DNA of 64,000 nt from Raillietiella orientalis (lineage: Eukaryota), in contig JAYWIR010000046.1 of the NCBI GenBank assembly GCA_036172245.1, forward strand, positions 1,426,001 to 1,490,000, given 5' to 3'. A program made the position numbers and the translations under genes. The notes beneath the pieces were generated by a model. The model was not told the DNA's origin, made no database searches, and was given only the letters and a program-made list of their open reading frames with translations. How positions within the stretch are numbered: position 1 is the first letter of the stretch; each line of letters starts with the position of its first letter. Shown piece by piece: positions 43,460 to 58,200 of this stretch.

Positions 43460-45680
43460 GGGCGGGGCACATTGGACTCTGAGTTGTTGCACCGAGGTGT
43501 CGCGCGACCTCGCGAGACTCCTCGGTGGAAAAAAGAGCCCTCCCATACGAAACTAGTGGACAACGTCCAGGAACTGACGAGACTCCTTCAGCCGAAGCGA
43601 TGCCCGTCTACCAGGACAACGACCAGCCGCCTCCCATACAGAAGATACCACCATCAACAGAGTGATGCGCGGAATCGCCTCTTGCCGGCACTTACGCATA
43701 GCCTGTTGGAATGTCAACGGGCTTCGTGACGAAGGCAAGAGGCGCGGCGTGGCCGACATCCTGCGACCTTTCGACCTGGCACTTCCCCAAGAGGTACACG
43801 CTCTCAGAGGAGAGGACATTCAGGAGAATCGAGAGGTTCACAGGAGGGAGGCTACTATAGCGTTCCGGTGGAGACCACTCCCGCAGAGTGGCCTCCCTGC
43901 TGAAGCCAGCCGTCGCTAATGCGATGCGCACTGTACAGTTCGACGTATTCACTCGGTCAAGCCGGGGCGTTTATTGAAAAACTTTCCGACAGTGTTTGCG
44001 GTACAAGGCTGGAGCAGGGAAGCAGGCCTGGCAATCCGAGTCTGCCTGCTTACTGGACGAAGAAGGCCAGGAGCAATCCACTCCAGCGCAGGTTTGCCGC
44101 ATCTTGCGGGATTTTTACTCCTCCCTCTAAGAGAGGAAAACATCAGAGCGCGTCTTTGCGCAGCGTCTGCTGCCAGAGGGAGCGCCTGCGCTAAGGGAGG
44201 AGCAACTTCACCACTTAGACCAAGAAATCACGAAGACGGAGATTATCTCCGCCATCGTGAAACTAAAAAAACATAGAGCACCAGGGAAAAACGGCCTGCC
44301 AGCGGAATTCTATCAACACTTCGCGACAGAGCTGGAGCCCCTGGTGCACAAATTATGTACGCTGATCCGTGAACGTGGGGATGTTCCCAACTCGTTCCGA
44401 TCAGCTGGAGTACGTCTCCTGCCCAAGGGAGACTTGCGCAACGTTGACAACTGGCGTCCCATCACTATAGTGAATGCGGACGCGAAGTTGCTTGCGAAAC
44501 TCTGGTCTCAGCGACTGGGACGGGTAGCGGAATCCGTGGTCAGTCCGGAACAGACTTACGCTGTTCCCGGACGAACCATGGAGGCCAACCTGTTCCTCAC
44601 CAGCAGCTGGTGGCAGTTGCAACAAAGCGAGGCTCAGCTAGGTCGTGAGAGTCTTGGACTCCACAGATCGAAGGAGGGCAGCCGAAGGGGAGAAGTGGCG
44701 CCCGGAGCCCTTGCGGTCGCAATCGATCTGCGTAAAGCTTTCGACAGCGTCGAACAGGAACTCCTCCTGGAGCTTCTGGAACGCATGGGATTTCCAGCCG
44801 ACTTCCTGGCCTACCTGCGCTCTTGCTGGCGCCTCACATACATCAATATATGTTTCAGCGGCCGGCATGTGTACGGCGAGCCGGTTCGTCGCGGCATCCG
44901 GCAGGGCGACAGCGTCAGCCCCCTGCTCTTCAGAATCTACTTTGAGTAGGTGCTGAGAGCATACAGGGAGACTTTGGCAACACTGCACAGCTCGTGTCCC
45001 GGCACGCCTGCCGTGTCGGCCTATGCGGAAGACCTTCTGCTCCTGCTCACCGGGTCCACCCCGGCATCGGCGCACGACGATTTCTTCGAGTTGCTGCGCC
45101 GCGGGTCACGCCTCGAGGTGAACAGGACGAAGCCGTCGATCATCTTCACTGACTCGCCGTTGACAGGGCGCTCCGACTGGATCCGCTTGGCGATCCCCAC
45201 AGGGGGGTGCATCAGGTACCTTGGCGTTTTGTTGGGGGACTTCTGCATTGCAGAAGTCGGGTTCGACCGTCTTCTTGGAGTAAGCGATCGGCCCGCACCG
45301 ACGGCAAGGGACGGCAAGTTTTACTTGCGGAAACGGGCCGCGGAGTGGAACACCTCTGAGGCCCCCCCACTTTGCCCACTACTTTTTATGTGTCCTGCAC
45401 CTCACCAAATTAGGATACGGACAAGGGACCTCATCAGGAAAGCCCTTTGGGTCAACCAGAGGCCACGCGTCCGACTAAAAGACATGCGCGCTCCACGAAG
45501 GGAAAGTGGACTTGGTATTCTGACGTTGCAGCGAATGAAGCGACACATCCAACTAACAAAACTTCCCTTTGGAACAAAATATTGGACAGCAACATGGTGT
45601 GCTAACTTACGACTCGGCCACACGGCAAGCGGCTGTGATGGACTGACAACAGCACTCGTGACCAACGAAGGTACAATGTA
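43460..45680 (+). mobile_element. Tx1/L1-like LINE ORF2 (partial APE endonuclease and RT), pseudogenised and 3'-truncated
   Basis: IACWNVNGL...QEVH (APE N-terminus), APGKNGLPAEFY, NWRPITIVNADAK, IDLRKAFDSV, GIRQGDSVSPLLF, AYAEDL, IRYLGV and PRRESGLG. In-frame TAG at 44947-44949. Confidence 0.93.
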
Positions 45681-45739
45681 AAATTGTGGTTCACATCCAC
45701 GTAAACAAGAGGCCCTGATGAACAGAAACCCATGCATCT

Positions 45740-46232
45740 TCTGGAGCCCCGCAAACTGGACAAGCTGGCTGCAACCAAAAAACTGCACCTTCGCACCCGC
45801 AGTCCACTTTCGAAACTCCAACCGTATATAATTGTAACAATAAGCACTTTTGAAACAATGCAGCAGTTGCAAAATGAGTTTTGATCTAAATTAAGCAACG
45901 AATGAAAGGCAAATTGTAACGATTTCTAAAATGCATTTCTTTAAAAAAATAAAGGCATCAAGTCGTTTAAAAGGTTCGATGGCGATTAAACGTAACAGAA
46001 ATTGCTTTTCTATGCACATCACTCGATGCAAACCTATAATTCAGCATTAGCTATGCATTTCAAAAACGTTTGCCCAGTCTTTCTATCAGGACTGCTCAAA
46101 ATGGCAAACCTCGTATAAAGCTGTTGCAAAATGTACGCAAAGAAGAAAATGCCAGGTTGCTCGCAAGACTACGATAAACAAGACAAGATATTCTTAGTTT
46201 GCAAAAGGAGATCGAATTAGAAATACAGACAG
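45740..46232 (-). pseudogene. Diverged non-amplified subunit of the array; clearest discoidin C-terminus
   Basis: LHCFKSAYCYNYIRLEFRKWTAGAKVQFFGC (cf. F.PPI.ARYIRL.P..W...I.LR.E..GC). Nucleotide similarity to both halves of the 2.2-kb unit. Confidence 0.6.
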
Positions 46233-49200
46233 CTACACATGTAGTGTCATTTTATGAAAACAAAACAGAAACGTAACAACCTCGTCGTAATTGCTGTCAC
46301 TTGGAAGGCAATAACTCGAACTTCCTACAACCACTTTCCAATGTTTCTCGGAATATGGAATACAACATTGGTGTCTCTTCCTTTGTCGGAATCGGTTAAT
46401 TTCTTCATAGCGAACATGCCATGGAAGCTATCTCACAGGAAAACAGCTGTTGTGGAACAAGAGTCAAGATATCTTTGCTCCTTCAATTCAAAGAATATAA
46501 AAGCGTGTCCTTTGATTCGCAACCTTAGTTTCCTGGACAACGAAACAGATGTCAGAGTGTACAATCCCTTGGAAAAAATACCTATTCATCATTGTTCATA
46601 TTTCCAGCCTGAAATTGACTACATTTGCGAAGATGATATCAAGAATGCGGATGCGTGTTCTTCCTAGCAGGAAATAATTAGCTCTGCATGAGAATACAAA
46701 CGAAACTCATTGAAAATGTCAACTCAATATAATAACTCAATACAGAACAGAAGTCACCAACTATCTAAAACAACAGGAATGCTTGTTGACGATTTTCAAC
46801 ATTAGTTGCTACGTTATGAATTCCGTAGTGAATCGGTTGTCACTTGCTGCCATGTCGATGACACTGGAATTGTCAGGTCCCACCAAAAAATTGCAGATTC
46901 CCAATGGCAGTCGATTTGCGACTTGTCAACCGTATGAAACCGAAACAATCGGTGCATTCAAAATGAGATCAGCAGATGCACGCTAAATTTTAATCACAAT
47001 TACGTTAAGAAAGCAAGGAAAATAGTAAAATTTTCCAAATTGCGCTGCCTAAATGGCGTCCGCATTTGCAGTGCAACCTTCAACTTTGTAACGATTCAGC
47101 TATGCAGAAATTGCCTCTCTTTGCAAATGAGTCGACGTCAACACCTAGATCAGAAATCGCGATGCAACTGAAACTGTTTTGCCTGTTTTTATTGTTTCTA
47201 TGAGCATGCCGCAACTTGGCAAACCTCGTCGATCGAGGTTGCGAATTTTTTAGAAAAATTGTAAATAGCAGGCTGTATCGAAGAATAATGTTGATAAAAC
47301 AAGTTATTCTTTGTTTGTCCAAGCAGATCGAAATCGAAATAAAGAGAGGTGAGGGTGTAGTGCCATTGCAGAATCAAAGAAAAGGAACGAGAAACATCTT
47401 TGCTGTTAATGTACTGGGAACGCAGTAACTAGGACTTCCGACGTAGATTTTCTAGTGTGTCTGGGTATATTCAATAGCACTTACGTGGGTGCTCTTTTGC
47501 CGCCATGGGCGACATTCATGTGAAAGCACAAGAGCGGAAAGGTCTTTTGCAGAGACAACCTTGTCTTGGAACTGCCGTGGAAAGATCTATGATTTGTAGT
47601 TTACTTTGGCTCTGAATGTTTGGTCTTCACTTTGTGACATTCGTTTCCATGACAATGGGATGGATTTAGAGTGTTCATTTCTTTGGAAGGAAAGGAAAGT
47701 CCGTGTTCTTTATCGCTGTTGTCTTGAACTGTTATCTTCTGTGGAGTATATGTGTGAAGTACGCCGATGCATTCTCATCAAAGCAACGAAAATATACCTG
47801 TGCGTAGAAAGTGGAAAGCAACCGAATGCAGACATTAGTTTGCTCGAAAGAATTACTTCGGCACAGACGTAACCAAATCCTAGAGGAGAACGAGTGCTAT
47901 TACAGGAATTGCTTCATTCGTTTAGGCGACAATTATTCTGTAACAAATCAGTTGTGTCGCACAGAAATGTCGATGGAACTGGACATATTAATGCTCACCG
48001 AAAAATTGCACCTGCGCTCCTGTAATCCAGATTTGGATTTAGACGGTATGTGATCCGAACCATCGAATCTTTGCAGTTGAGTGTTAGAGATGCGTATTTC
48101 GTTATGTTTTTGATAGCCAAACGAATTCAACGCAAATTCAATTCTTAGAAAGTTTTCCCTTCTCAAATAGTGTTATTATTTCGATTGAAACGCTCTGCTT
48201 TATGGCGAAGAACCATGGGAAGAACTGCTTATGTTTGCGCATCAGTCGACGTGCACACATCGAGACACTATAGATATTCAAACCAGCTGCACAGGGTTTG
48301 AATCCGCTTTGCGCCACTTAAAGAACCTGTCTATGGCTGTGCTTATGCTTTCCGAGAATCAAAATGACAACTAGCGTTGAAATGTTAGTAACCAAGTGTA
48401 GGCATTCTTCGTTCGTCGACACAGATCGAATGGCCAATCCAAGCAGCTAGAGATGTAGTGTCATTTTATGAGAACAAAACAGAAAAGTAACAACCTTGTC
48501 GTCATTGCTGCCACATGGAAGGCAATAACTCGAACTTCCGACAAACAATTCCCAATGTTTCTCGGAATATGGAATACAACATTGGAGTCTCTTCCTTTGT
48601 CGGAATCGGTTAATTTCTTCATAGCGAAGATGCCATGGAAGCTGTCTCACAGGAAAACAGCTGTTGTGGAACGAGAGTCAAGATATCTTTGCTCCTTCAA
48701 ATTCGAAGAATATAAAAGGGTGTCATTTGATCCGCAAACTTGGTTTCCTGGACAACGAAAGAGATGTCGGAGTGTACAATCTCTTGGAAGAAATAACTAT
48801 TCATCATTGTTCACGACAGCAGTCTAAATTTGACATGATTTGCAAAGATGATATCAAGAATACGGATGCGTGATCTTCCTAGAAGGATATAATTAGCTCT
48901 GCCTGGGAAAACAAGCAAAACTCATTGAAAATGTCAACATAATATAATATCTGATACAGAACAGAAGTCACCAACAATCTAAAACAACAGGAATGCTTGT
49001 TGACGATTTTCAACATTAGTTGCTACGTTATGAATTCCGTAGTGAATCGGTTGTCACTTGCTGCCATGTCGATGACACTGGAATTGTCAGGTCCCACCAA
49101 AAAATTGCAGATTCCCAATGGCAGTCGATTTGCGACTTGTCAACCGTATGAAACCGGAACAATCGGTGCATTTGAAATGAGATCAGCAGATGCATGCTAA

Positions 49201-52200
49201 ATTTTAATCACAATTACGTTAAGAAAGCAAGGAAAATAGTAAAATTTTCCAAATTGCGCTGCTTGAATGGCGTCCGCATTTGCAGTGCAACCTTCAACTT
49301 TGTAACGATTCAGCTATGCAGAAATTGCCTCTTGCACATCAGTCGACGTCCACACCTAGATCAGAATTCGCGATGCAACTGAAACTGTTTTGCCAGTTTT
49401 TATTGTTTCTATAGGCATGGCGCAACTTGGCAAACCTCAATGATCGAGGTTGCGAATTTTTAGAAAAATTGTAAATAGCAGGCTGTATCGAAGAATAATG
49501 TTGATAAAACAAGTTATTCTTGTTTGTCCAAGCAGATCGGAATCGAAATAAAGAGAGGTGAGGGTGTAGTGCCATTGCAGAATAAAAGAAAAGGAACGAA
49601 AAACATCTTTGCTGTTAATGTACTGGGAACGGAGTAACTAGGACTTCCGACGTAGATTTTCTTGTGTGTCTCGGTATATTGAATAGCACTTACGTGGGTG
49701 CTCTTTTGCCGCCATGGACGACATTCATGTGAAAGCACAAGAGCGGAAAGGTCTTTTGCAGAGACAACCTTGTCTTGGAACTGCCGTGGAAAGATCTATG
49801 ATTCGTAGTTTACTTTGGCTCTGAATGTTTGGTCTTCACTTTGTGACTTTCGTTTCCATGACAATGGGATGGATTTAGAGTGTTCATTTCTTTGGAAGGA
49901 AAGGAAAGTCCGTGTTCTTTATCGCTGTTGTCTTGAACTGTTATCTTCTATGGAGTACATGTGTGAAGTATGCCGATGCATTCTCATCAAAGCAACGAAA
50001 ATATACCTGTGCGTAAAAAGTGGAAAGGAACCGAATGAAGACATTAGTTTGCTCGAAAGAATTACTTCGGCACAGACGTAACCCAATCCTAGAGGAGAAC
50101 GAGTGCTATTACAGGAATTGCTTCATTCGTTCAGGCGACAATTATTCTGTAACAAATCGGTTGTGTCGCACAGAAATGTCGATGAGACTGGACATATTAG
50201 TGCTCACCGAAATATTGCACCTGCGCTCCTGTAATCCAGAGATTTTGACGGTATGTGATCCGAACCATCGAATCTTTGCAGTTGAGTGTGAGAGATGCGT
50301 ATTTCAAGTTGTTTTCGATAGCCAAACGAATTCAACGCAGATTGAATTCTTAGAAAATTTTCCTTTCTCAAATAGTGTTATTATTTCGATTGAAACGCTC
50401 TGCTTTATGGCGAAGAACCATGGGAAGAACTGCTTATGTTTGCGCATCAGTCGACGTGCACACATAATTCCATTACCTTCTTATTAGATATTCAAACCTT
50501 TAGTTAGGGTTTGAATCCGCTTTGCGCCACTTAAAGAACTCTGTCTAAGTGGCTGTGCTTATGCTTTCCGAGAATCAAAATGACAACTAGCGTTGAAATG
50601 TTAGTAACCAAGGGTGGCATTCGTTCGTCGACACAGATCGAATGGCCAATCCAAGCAGCTAGAGATGTAGTGTCATTTTATGAAAACAAAACAGAAAAGT
50701 AACAACCTCGTCGTCATTGCTGTTACATGGAAGGCAATAACTCGAACTTGCGACAAGCAATTCCCAATGTTTCTCGGAATATGGAATACAACATTGGTGT
50801 CTCTTCCTTTGTCGGAATCGGTTAATTTCTTCATAGCGAAGATGCCATGGAAGCTGTCTCACAGGAAAACAGCTGTTGTGGAACGAGAGTCAAGATATCT
50901 TTGCTCCTTCAAATTCGAAGAATATAAAAGGGTGTCATTTGATCCGCAAACTTGGTTTCCTGGACAACGAAAGAGATGTCAGAGTGTACAATCTCTTGGA
51001 AGAAATAACTATTCATCATTGTTCACGACAGCAGTCTAAATTTGACATGATTTGCAAAGATGATATCAAGAATACGGATGCGTGATCTTCCTAGGAGGAT
51101 ATAATTAGCTCTGCCTGGGAAAACAAGCAAAACTCATTAAAAATGTCAACATAATATAATAACTGATACAGAACAGAAGTCACCAACTATCTAAAACAAC
51201 AGGAATGCTTGTTGACGATTTTCAACATTAGTTGCTACGTTATGAATTCCGTAGTGAACTTGGTTGTCACTTGCTGCCATGTCGATGACACACTGGAATT
51301 GTCAGGTCCCACCAAAAATTGCAGATTCCCAATGGCAGTCGATTTGCGACTTGTCAACCGTATGAAACCGGAACAATCGGTGCATTTGAAATGAGATCAG
51401 CAGATGCATGCCTAAATTTTAATCACAATTACGTTAAGAAAGCAAGGAAAATAGTAAAATTTTCCAAATTGCGCTGCTTAAATGGCGTCCGCATTTGCAG
51501 TGCAACCTTCAACCTTGTAACGATTCAGCTATGCAGAAATTGCCTCTCTTTGCACATCAGTCGACGTCCACACCTAGATCAGAATTCGCGATGCAACTGA
51601 AACTGTTTTGCCAGTTTTTATTGTTTCTATAGGCATGGCGCAACTTGGCAAACCTCGTCGATCGAGGTTGCGAATTTTTAGAAAAATTGTAAATAGCAGG
51701 TCATATCGAAGAATAATGTTGATAAAACAAGTTATTCTTGCTGTCCAAGCAGATCGGAATCGAAATAAAGAGAGGTGAGGGTGTAGTGCCATTGCAGAAT
51801 AAAAGAAAAGGAACGAAAAACATCTTTGCTGTTAATGTACTGGGAACGCAGTAACAAGGACTTCCGACGTAGATTTTCTAGTGTGTCTCGGTATATTGAA
51901 TAGCACTTACGTGGGTGCTCTTTTGCCGCCATGGGCGACATTTATGTGAAAGCACAAGAGCGGAAAGATCTTTTGCAGAGACAACCTTGTCTTGGAACTG
52001 CAGTGGAAAGATCTATGATTCGTAGTTTACTTTGGCTCTGAATGTTTGGTCTTCACTTTGTGACATTCGTTTCCATGACAATGGGATGGATTTAGAGTGT
52101 TCATTTCTTGAAAGAAAAAAGACCGTGTTCTTTATCGCTGTTGTCTTGAACTGTTATTTTCTGTGGAGTATATGTGTGAAGTATGCCGATGCATTCTCAT

Positions 52201-55200
52201 CAAAGCAACTGAAATATACTGTGCGTAGAAAATGGAAAGCAACCGAATGCAGACATTAGTTTCCTCGAATGAATTACTTCGACACAGACGTAACCAAATC
52301 CAAGAGTAGAACGAGTGCTATTACAGGAATTGTTTTATTTCGTTTTTACATACCATTCTGTAACAAATCAGTTGTGTCGCACAGAAATGTCGATGGAACT
52401 GGACATATTAGTGCTCACCGAAAAATTGCACCTGCGCTCCCTGTAATCCAGATTTGGATTTAGACGGTATGTGATCCGAACCATCGAATCTTTGCAGTTG
52501 AGTGTTAGAGATGCGTATTTCGTTATGTTTTCGATAGCAAAACGAATTCAACGCAGATTTAATTCTTAGAAAATTTTGCTTTCTCAAATAGTGTTATTAC
52601 ATCGATTGAAACGCTCTCCTTTATGGCGAAGAACCATGGGAAGAACTGCTTATGTTTGCGCATCAGTCGACGTGCACACATGATTCTATATTAACCATAG
52701 ATATCCAAACCAGCGGTACAGGGTTTGAATCCGCTCTGCGCCACTTAACAAACTTTGTCTATCGCTGTGCTTATGCTTTCCGAGAATCAAAATGACAACT
52801 AGCGTTGAAATGTTAGTATTCAAGAAGGCATTCTTCGTTCGTCGACACAGATCGAATGGCCAATCCAAGCAGCTAGAGATGTAGTGTCATTTTATGAAAA
52901 CAAAACAGAAAAGTAACAACCTCGTCGTCATTGCTGCCACATGGAAGGCAATAACTCGAACTTCCTACAACCAGTTTCCAATGTTTCTCGGAATATACAA
53001 TACAACATTGGTGTCTCTTCCTTTGTCGGAATCGGTTAATTTCTTCATAGCGAACATGCCATGGAAGCTATCTCACAGGAAAACAGCTGTTGTGGAACGA
53101 GAGTCAAGATATCTTTGCTCCTTCAAATTCGAAGAATATAAAAGGGTGTCATTTGATCCGCAAACTTGGTTTCCTGGACAACGAAAGAGATGTCAGAGTG
53201 TACAATCTCTTGGAAGAAATAACTATTCATCATTGTTCACGACAGCAGTCTAAATTTGACATGATTTGCATAGATGATATCAAGAATACGGATGCGTGAT
53301 CTTCCTAGAAGGATATAATTAGCTCTGCCTGGGAAAACAAGCAAAAAACATTAAAAATGTACACATAATATAATAACTGATACAGAACAGAAGTCACCAA
53401 CTATCTAAAACAACAGGAATGCTTGTTGACGATTTTCAACATTAGTTGCTACGTTATGAATTCCGTAGTGAATCGGTTGTCACTTGCTGCCATGTCGATG
53501 ACACTGGAATTGTCAGGTCCCACCAAAAAATTGCAGATTCCCAATGGCAGTCGATTTGCGACTTGTCAACCGTATGAAACCGAAACAATCGGTGCATTCA
53601 AAATGAGATCAGCAGATGCACGCTAAATTTTAATCACAATTACGTTAAGAAAGCAAGGAAAATAGTAAAATTTTCCAAATTGCGCTGCTTAAATGGTGTC
53701 CGCATTTGCAGTGCAACCTTCAACTTTGTAACGATTCAGCTATGCAGAAATTGCCTCCTTTGCACATCAGTCGACGTCAACACCTAGATCAGAAATCGCG
53801 GCAAGAAACTGAAACTGTTTTGCCAGTGTTTATTGTTTCTATGAGCATGCCGCAACTTGGCAAACCTCGTCGATCGAGGTTGCGAATTTAGAAAAATTGT
53901 AAATAGCAGGCTGTATCGAAGAATAATGTTGAAACATGTTATTCTTTGTTCGTCCAAGCAGATCGAAATCGAAATAAAGAGAGGTGAGGGTGTAGTGCCA
54001 TTGCAGAATAAAAGAAAAGGAACGAAAAACATCTTCGCTGTTAATGTACTGGGAACGCAGTAACTAGGACTTCCGACGTAGATTTTCTAATGTGTCTCGG
54101 TATATTGAATAGCACTTACGTGGGTGCTCTTTTGCCGCCATGGGCGACATTCATGTGGAAGCACAAGAGCGGAAAGATCTTTTGCAGAGACGAGCTTGTC
54201 TTGGAACTGCCGTGGAAAGATCTATGATTCGTAGTTCACTTTGGCTCTGAATGTTTGCTCTTCTATTTGTGACATTCGTTTCCATGACAATGGAATGGAT
54301 TTAGAGTGTTCATTTCTTTGGAAAGAAAGGAAAGACGGTGTTCTTTATCGCTGTTGTCTTGAACTGTTATTTTCTGTGGAGTATATGTGTGAAGTACGCC
54401 GATGCATTCTCATCATAGCAACGAAAATATACCTGTGCGTAGAAAGTGGAAAGCAGCCGAATGCAGACATTAGTTTGCTCGAAAGAATTACTTCGGCACA
54501 GACGTAACCAAATCCTAGAGGAGAACGAGTGCTATTACAGGAATTGCTTCATTCGTTTAGGCGACAATTATTCTGTAACAAATCGGTTGTGTCGCACAGA
54601 AATGTCGATGGAACTGGACATATTAGTGCTCTCCGAAAAATTGCACCTGCGCTTTTGTAATCCAGATTCGGATTTAGACGGTATGTGATCCGAACCATCG
54701 AATCTTTGCAGTTGAGTGTTAGAGATGCGTATTTCGTTATGTTTTCGATAGCCAAACGAATTCAACGCAGATTGACTTCTTAGAAAATTTTCCTTTCTCA
54801 AATAGTGTTATTATTTCGATTGAAACGCTCTGCTTCATGGCGAAGAACCATGGGAAGAACTGCTTATGTTTGCGCATCAGTCGACGTGCACACATAACTC
54901 TATATTAACTATAGATATTCAAACCAGCTGCACAGGGTTTGAATCCGCTTTGCGCCACTTAAAGAACTCTGTCTATGGCTGTGCTTATGCTTTCCGAGAA
55001 TCAAAATGACAACGAGCGTTGAAATGTTAGTAACCAAGTGTAGGCATTCTTCGTTCGTCGACACAGATCGAATGGCCAATCCAAGCAGCTAGAGATGTAG
55101 TGTCATTTTATGAGAACAAAACAGAAAAGTAACAACCTTGTCGTCATTGCTGCCACATGGAAGGCAATAACTCGAACTTCCTACAACCAATTTTAATGTT

Positions 55201-58200
55201 TCTGGAATATGGAATACAACATGTCTCTTCCTTCGTCGGAATCGGTTAATTTCTTCATAGCGAAGATGCCATGGAAGCTGTCTCACAGGAAAACAGCTGT
55301 TGTGGAACGAGAGTCAAGATATCTTTGCTCCTTCAAATTCGAAGAATATAAAAGGGTGTCATTTGATCCGCAAACTTGGTTTCCTGGACAACGAAAGAGA
55401 TGTCGGAGTGTACAATCTCTTGGAAGAAATAACTATTCATCATTGTTCACGACAGCAGTCTAAATTTGACATGATTTGCAAAGATGATATCAAGAATACG
55501 GATGCGTGATCTTCCTAGAAGGATATAATTAGCTCTGCCTGGGAAAACAAGCAAAACTCATTGAAAATGTCAACATAATATAATATCTGATACAGAACAG
55601 AAGTCACCAACAATCTAAAACAACAGGAATGCTTGTTGACGATTTTCAACATTAGTTGCTACGTTATAAATTCCGTAGTGAATCGGTTGTCACTTGCTGC
55701 CATGTCGATGACACTGGAATTGTCAGGTCCCACCAAAAAATTGCAGATTCCCAATGGCAGTCGATTTGCGACTTGTCAACCGTATGAAACCGGAACAATC
55801 GGTGCATTTGAAATGAGATCAGCAGATGCATGCTAAATTTTAATCACAATTACGTTAAGAAAGCAAGGAAAATAGTAAAATTTTCCAAATTGCGCTGCTT
55901 GAATGGCGTCCGCATTTGCAGTGCAACCTTCAACTTTGTAACGATTCAGCTATGCAGAAATTGCCTCTCTTTGCACATCAGTCGACGTCCACACCTAGAT
56001 CAGAATTCGCGATGCAACTGAAACTGTTTTGCCAGTTTTTATTGTTTCTATAGGCATGGCGCAACTTGGCAAACCTCGTCGATCGAGGTTGCGAATTTTT
56101 AGAAAATTGTAAATAGCAGGCTGTAACTGAAGAATAATGTTGATAAAACAAGTTATTATTCTTTGTTTGTCCAAGCAGATCGGAATCGAAATAAAGAGAG
56201 GTGAGGGTGTAGTGCCATTGCAGAATAAAAGAAAAGGAACGAAAAACATCTTTGCTGTTCATGTACTGGGAACGCAGTAACTAGGACTTCCGACGTAGAT
56301 TTTCTAGTGTGTCTCGGTATATTCAATAGCACTTACGTGGGTGCTCTTTTGCCGCCATGGGCGACATTCATGTGAAAGCACAAGAGCGGAAAGGTCTTTT
56401 GCAGAGACAACCTTGTCTTGGAACTGCCGTGGAAAGATCCATGATTCGTAGTTTACTTTGGCTCTGAATGTTTGTTCTTCACTTTGTGACATTCATTTCC
56501 ATGACAATGGGATGGATTTAGAGTGTTCATTTCTTTGGAAGGAAAGGAAAGTCCGTGTTCTTTATCGCTGTTGTCTTGAACTGTTATCTTCTATGGAGTA
56601 CATGTGTGAAGTATGCCGATGCATTCTCATCAAAGCAACGAAAATATACCTGTGCGTAAAAAGTGGAAAGGAACCGAATGAAGACATTAGTTTGCTCGAA
56701 AGAATTACTTCGGCACAGACGTAACCAAATCCTAGAGGAGAACGAGTGCTATTACAGGAATTGCTTCATTCGTTCAGGCGACAATTATTCTGTAACAAAT
56801 CGGTTGTGTCGCACAGAAATGTCGATGGGACTGGACATATTAGTGCTCACCGAAATATTGCACCTGCGCTCCTGTAATCCAGATTCTGATTTAGACGGTA
56901 TGTGATCCGAACCATCGAATCTTTGCAGTTGAGTGTTAGACATGCGTATTTCGTTATGTTTTCGATAGCCAAACGAATTCAACGCAGATTTAATTCTTAG
57001 AAAATTTTCCTTTTTCAAATAGTGTTATTATTTCGATTGAAACGCTCTGCTTTATGGCGAAGAACCATGGGAAGAACTGCTTATCTTTGCGCATCAGTCG
57101 ACGTGCACACATGATTCTATATTAACCATAGATATCCAAACCAGCGGTACAGGGTTTGATTCCGCTCTGCGCCACTTAAAAAACTTTGTCTATCGCTGTG
57201 CTTATGCTTTCCGAGAATCAAAATGACAACTAGCGTTGAAATGTTAGTATCCAAGAAGGCATTCTTCGTTCGTCGACACAGATCGAATGGCCAATCCAAG
57301 CAGCTATAGATGTAGTGTCATTTTATGAAAACAAAACAGAAAAGTAACAACCTCATCGTCATTGCTGCCTCATGGAAGCCAATAACTCGAACTTCCGACA
57401 AGCAATTCCCAATGTTTCTCGGAATATGGAATACAACATTGGTGTATTTTGCTTTGTCGGAATCGGTTAATTTCTTCATAGCGAACAAGCCATGGAAGCT
57501 GTCTTGCAGGAAAACAGCTGTAGTGTAACAAGAGTCAAGATATCTTTGCTCCTTCAAATTCGAAGAATATAAAAGGGTGTCATTTGTTTCGCAACCTTTG
57601 TTTCCTGGACAACGAAACAGATGTCGGAGGTGCACTCACGGTAGAAAGGGAGGAAGTCATCATTGTTCACGACAGCAGTCTAAATTTGACATGATTTGCA
57701 TAGATGATATCAAGAATACGGATGCGTGATCTTCCTAGAAGGATATAATTAGCTCTGCCTGGGAAAACAAGCAAAACTCATTAAAAATGTCAACATAATA
57801 TAATAACTGATACAGAACAGAAGTCACCAACTATCTAAAACAACAGGAATGCTTGTTGACGATTTTCAACATTAGTTGCTACGTTATGAATTCCGCAGTG
57901 AATCGGTTGTCACTTGCTGCCATGTCGATGACACTGGAATTGTCAGGTCCCACCAAAAAATAGCAGATTCCCAATGGCAGTCGATTTGCGACTTGTCAAC
58001 CGTATGAAACAAAAACAATCGGTGCATTTGAAATGAGATCAGCAGATGCATGCTAAATTTTAATCACAATTACGTTAAGAAAGCAAGGAAAATAGTAAAA
58101 TTTTCCAAATTGCGCTGCTTAAATGGCGTCCGCATTTGCAGTGCAACCTTCAACTTTGTAACGATTCAGCTATGCAGAAATTGCCTCTCTTTGCACATCA

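Noticed and set aside
48720..48765. Kazal-like motif (CPGNQVCGSNDT) in the array unit
   Set aside because: The other Kazal cysteines are absent, and the motif is not conserved in unit 1 or in the paralogous half-unit.
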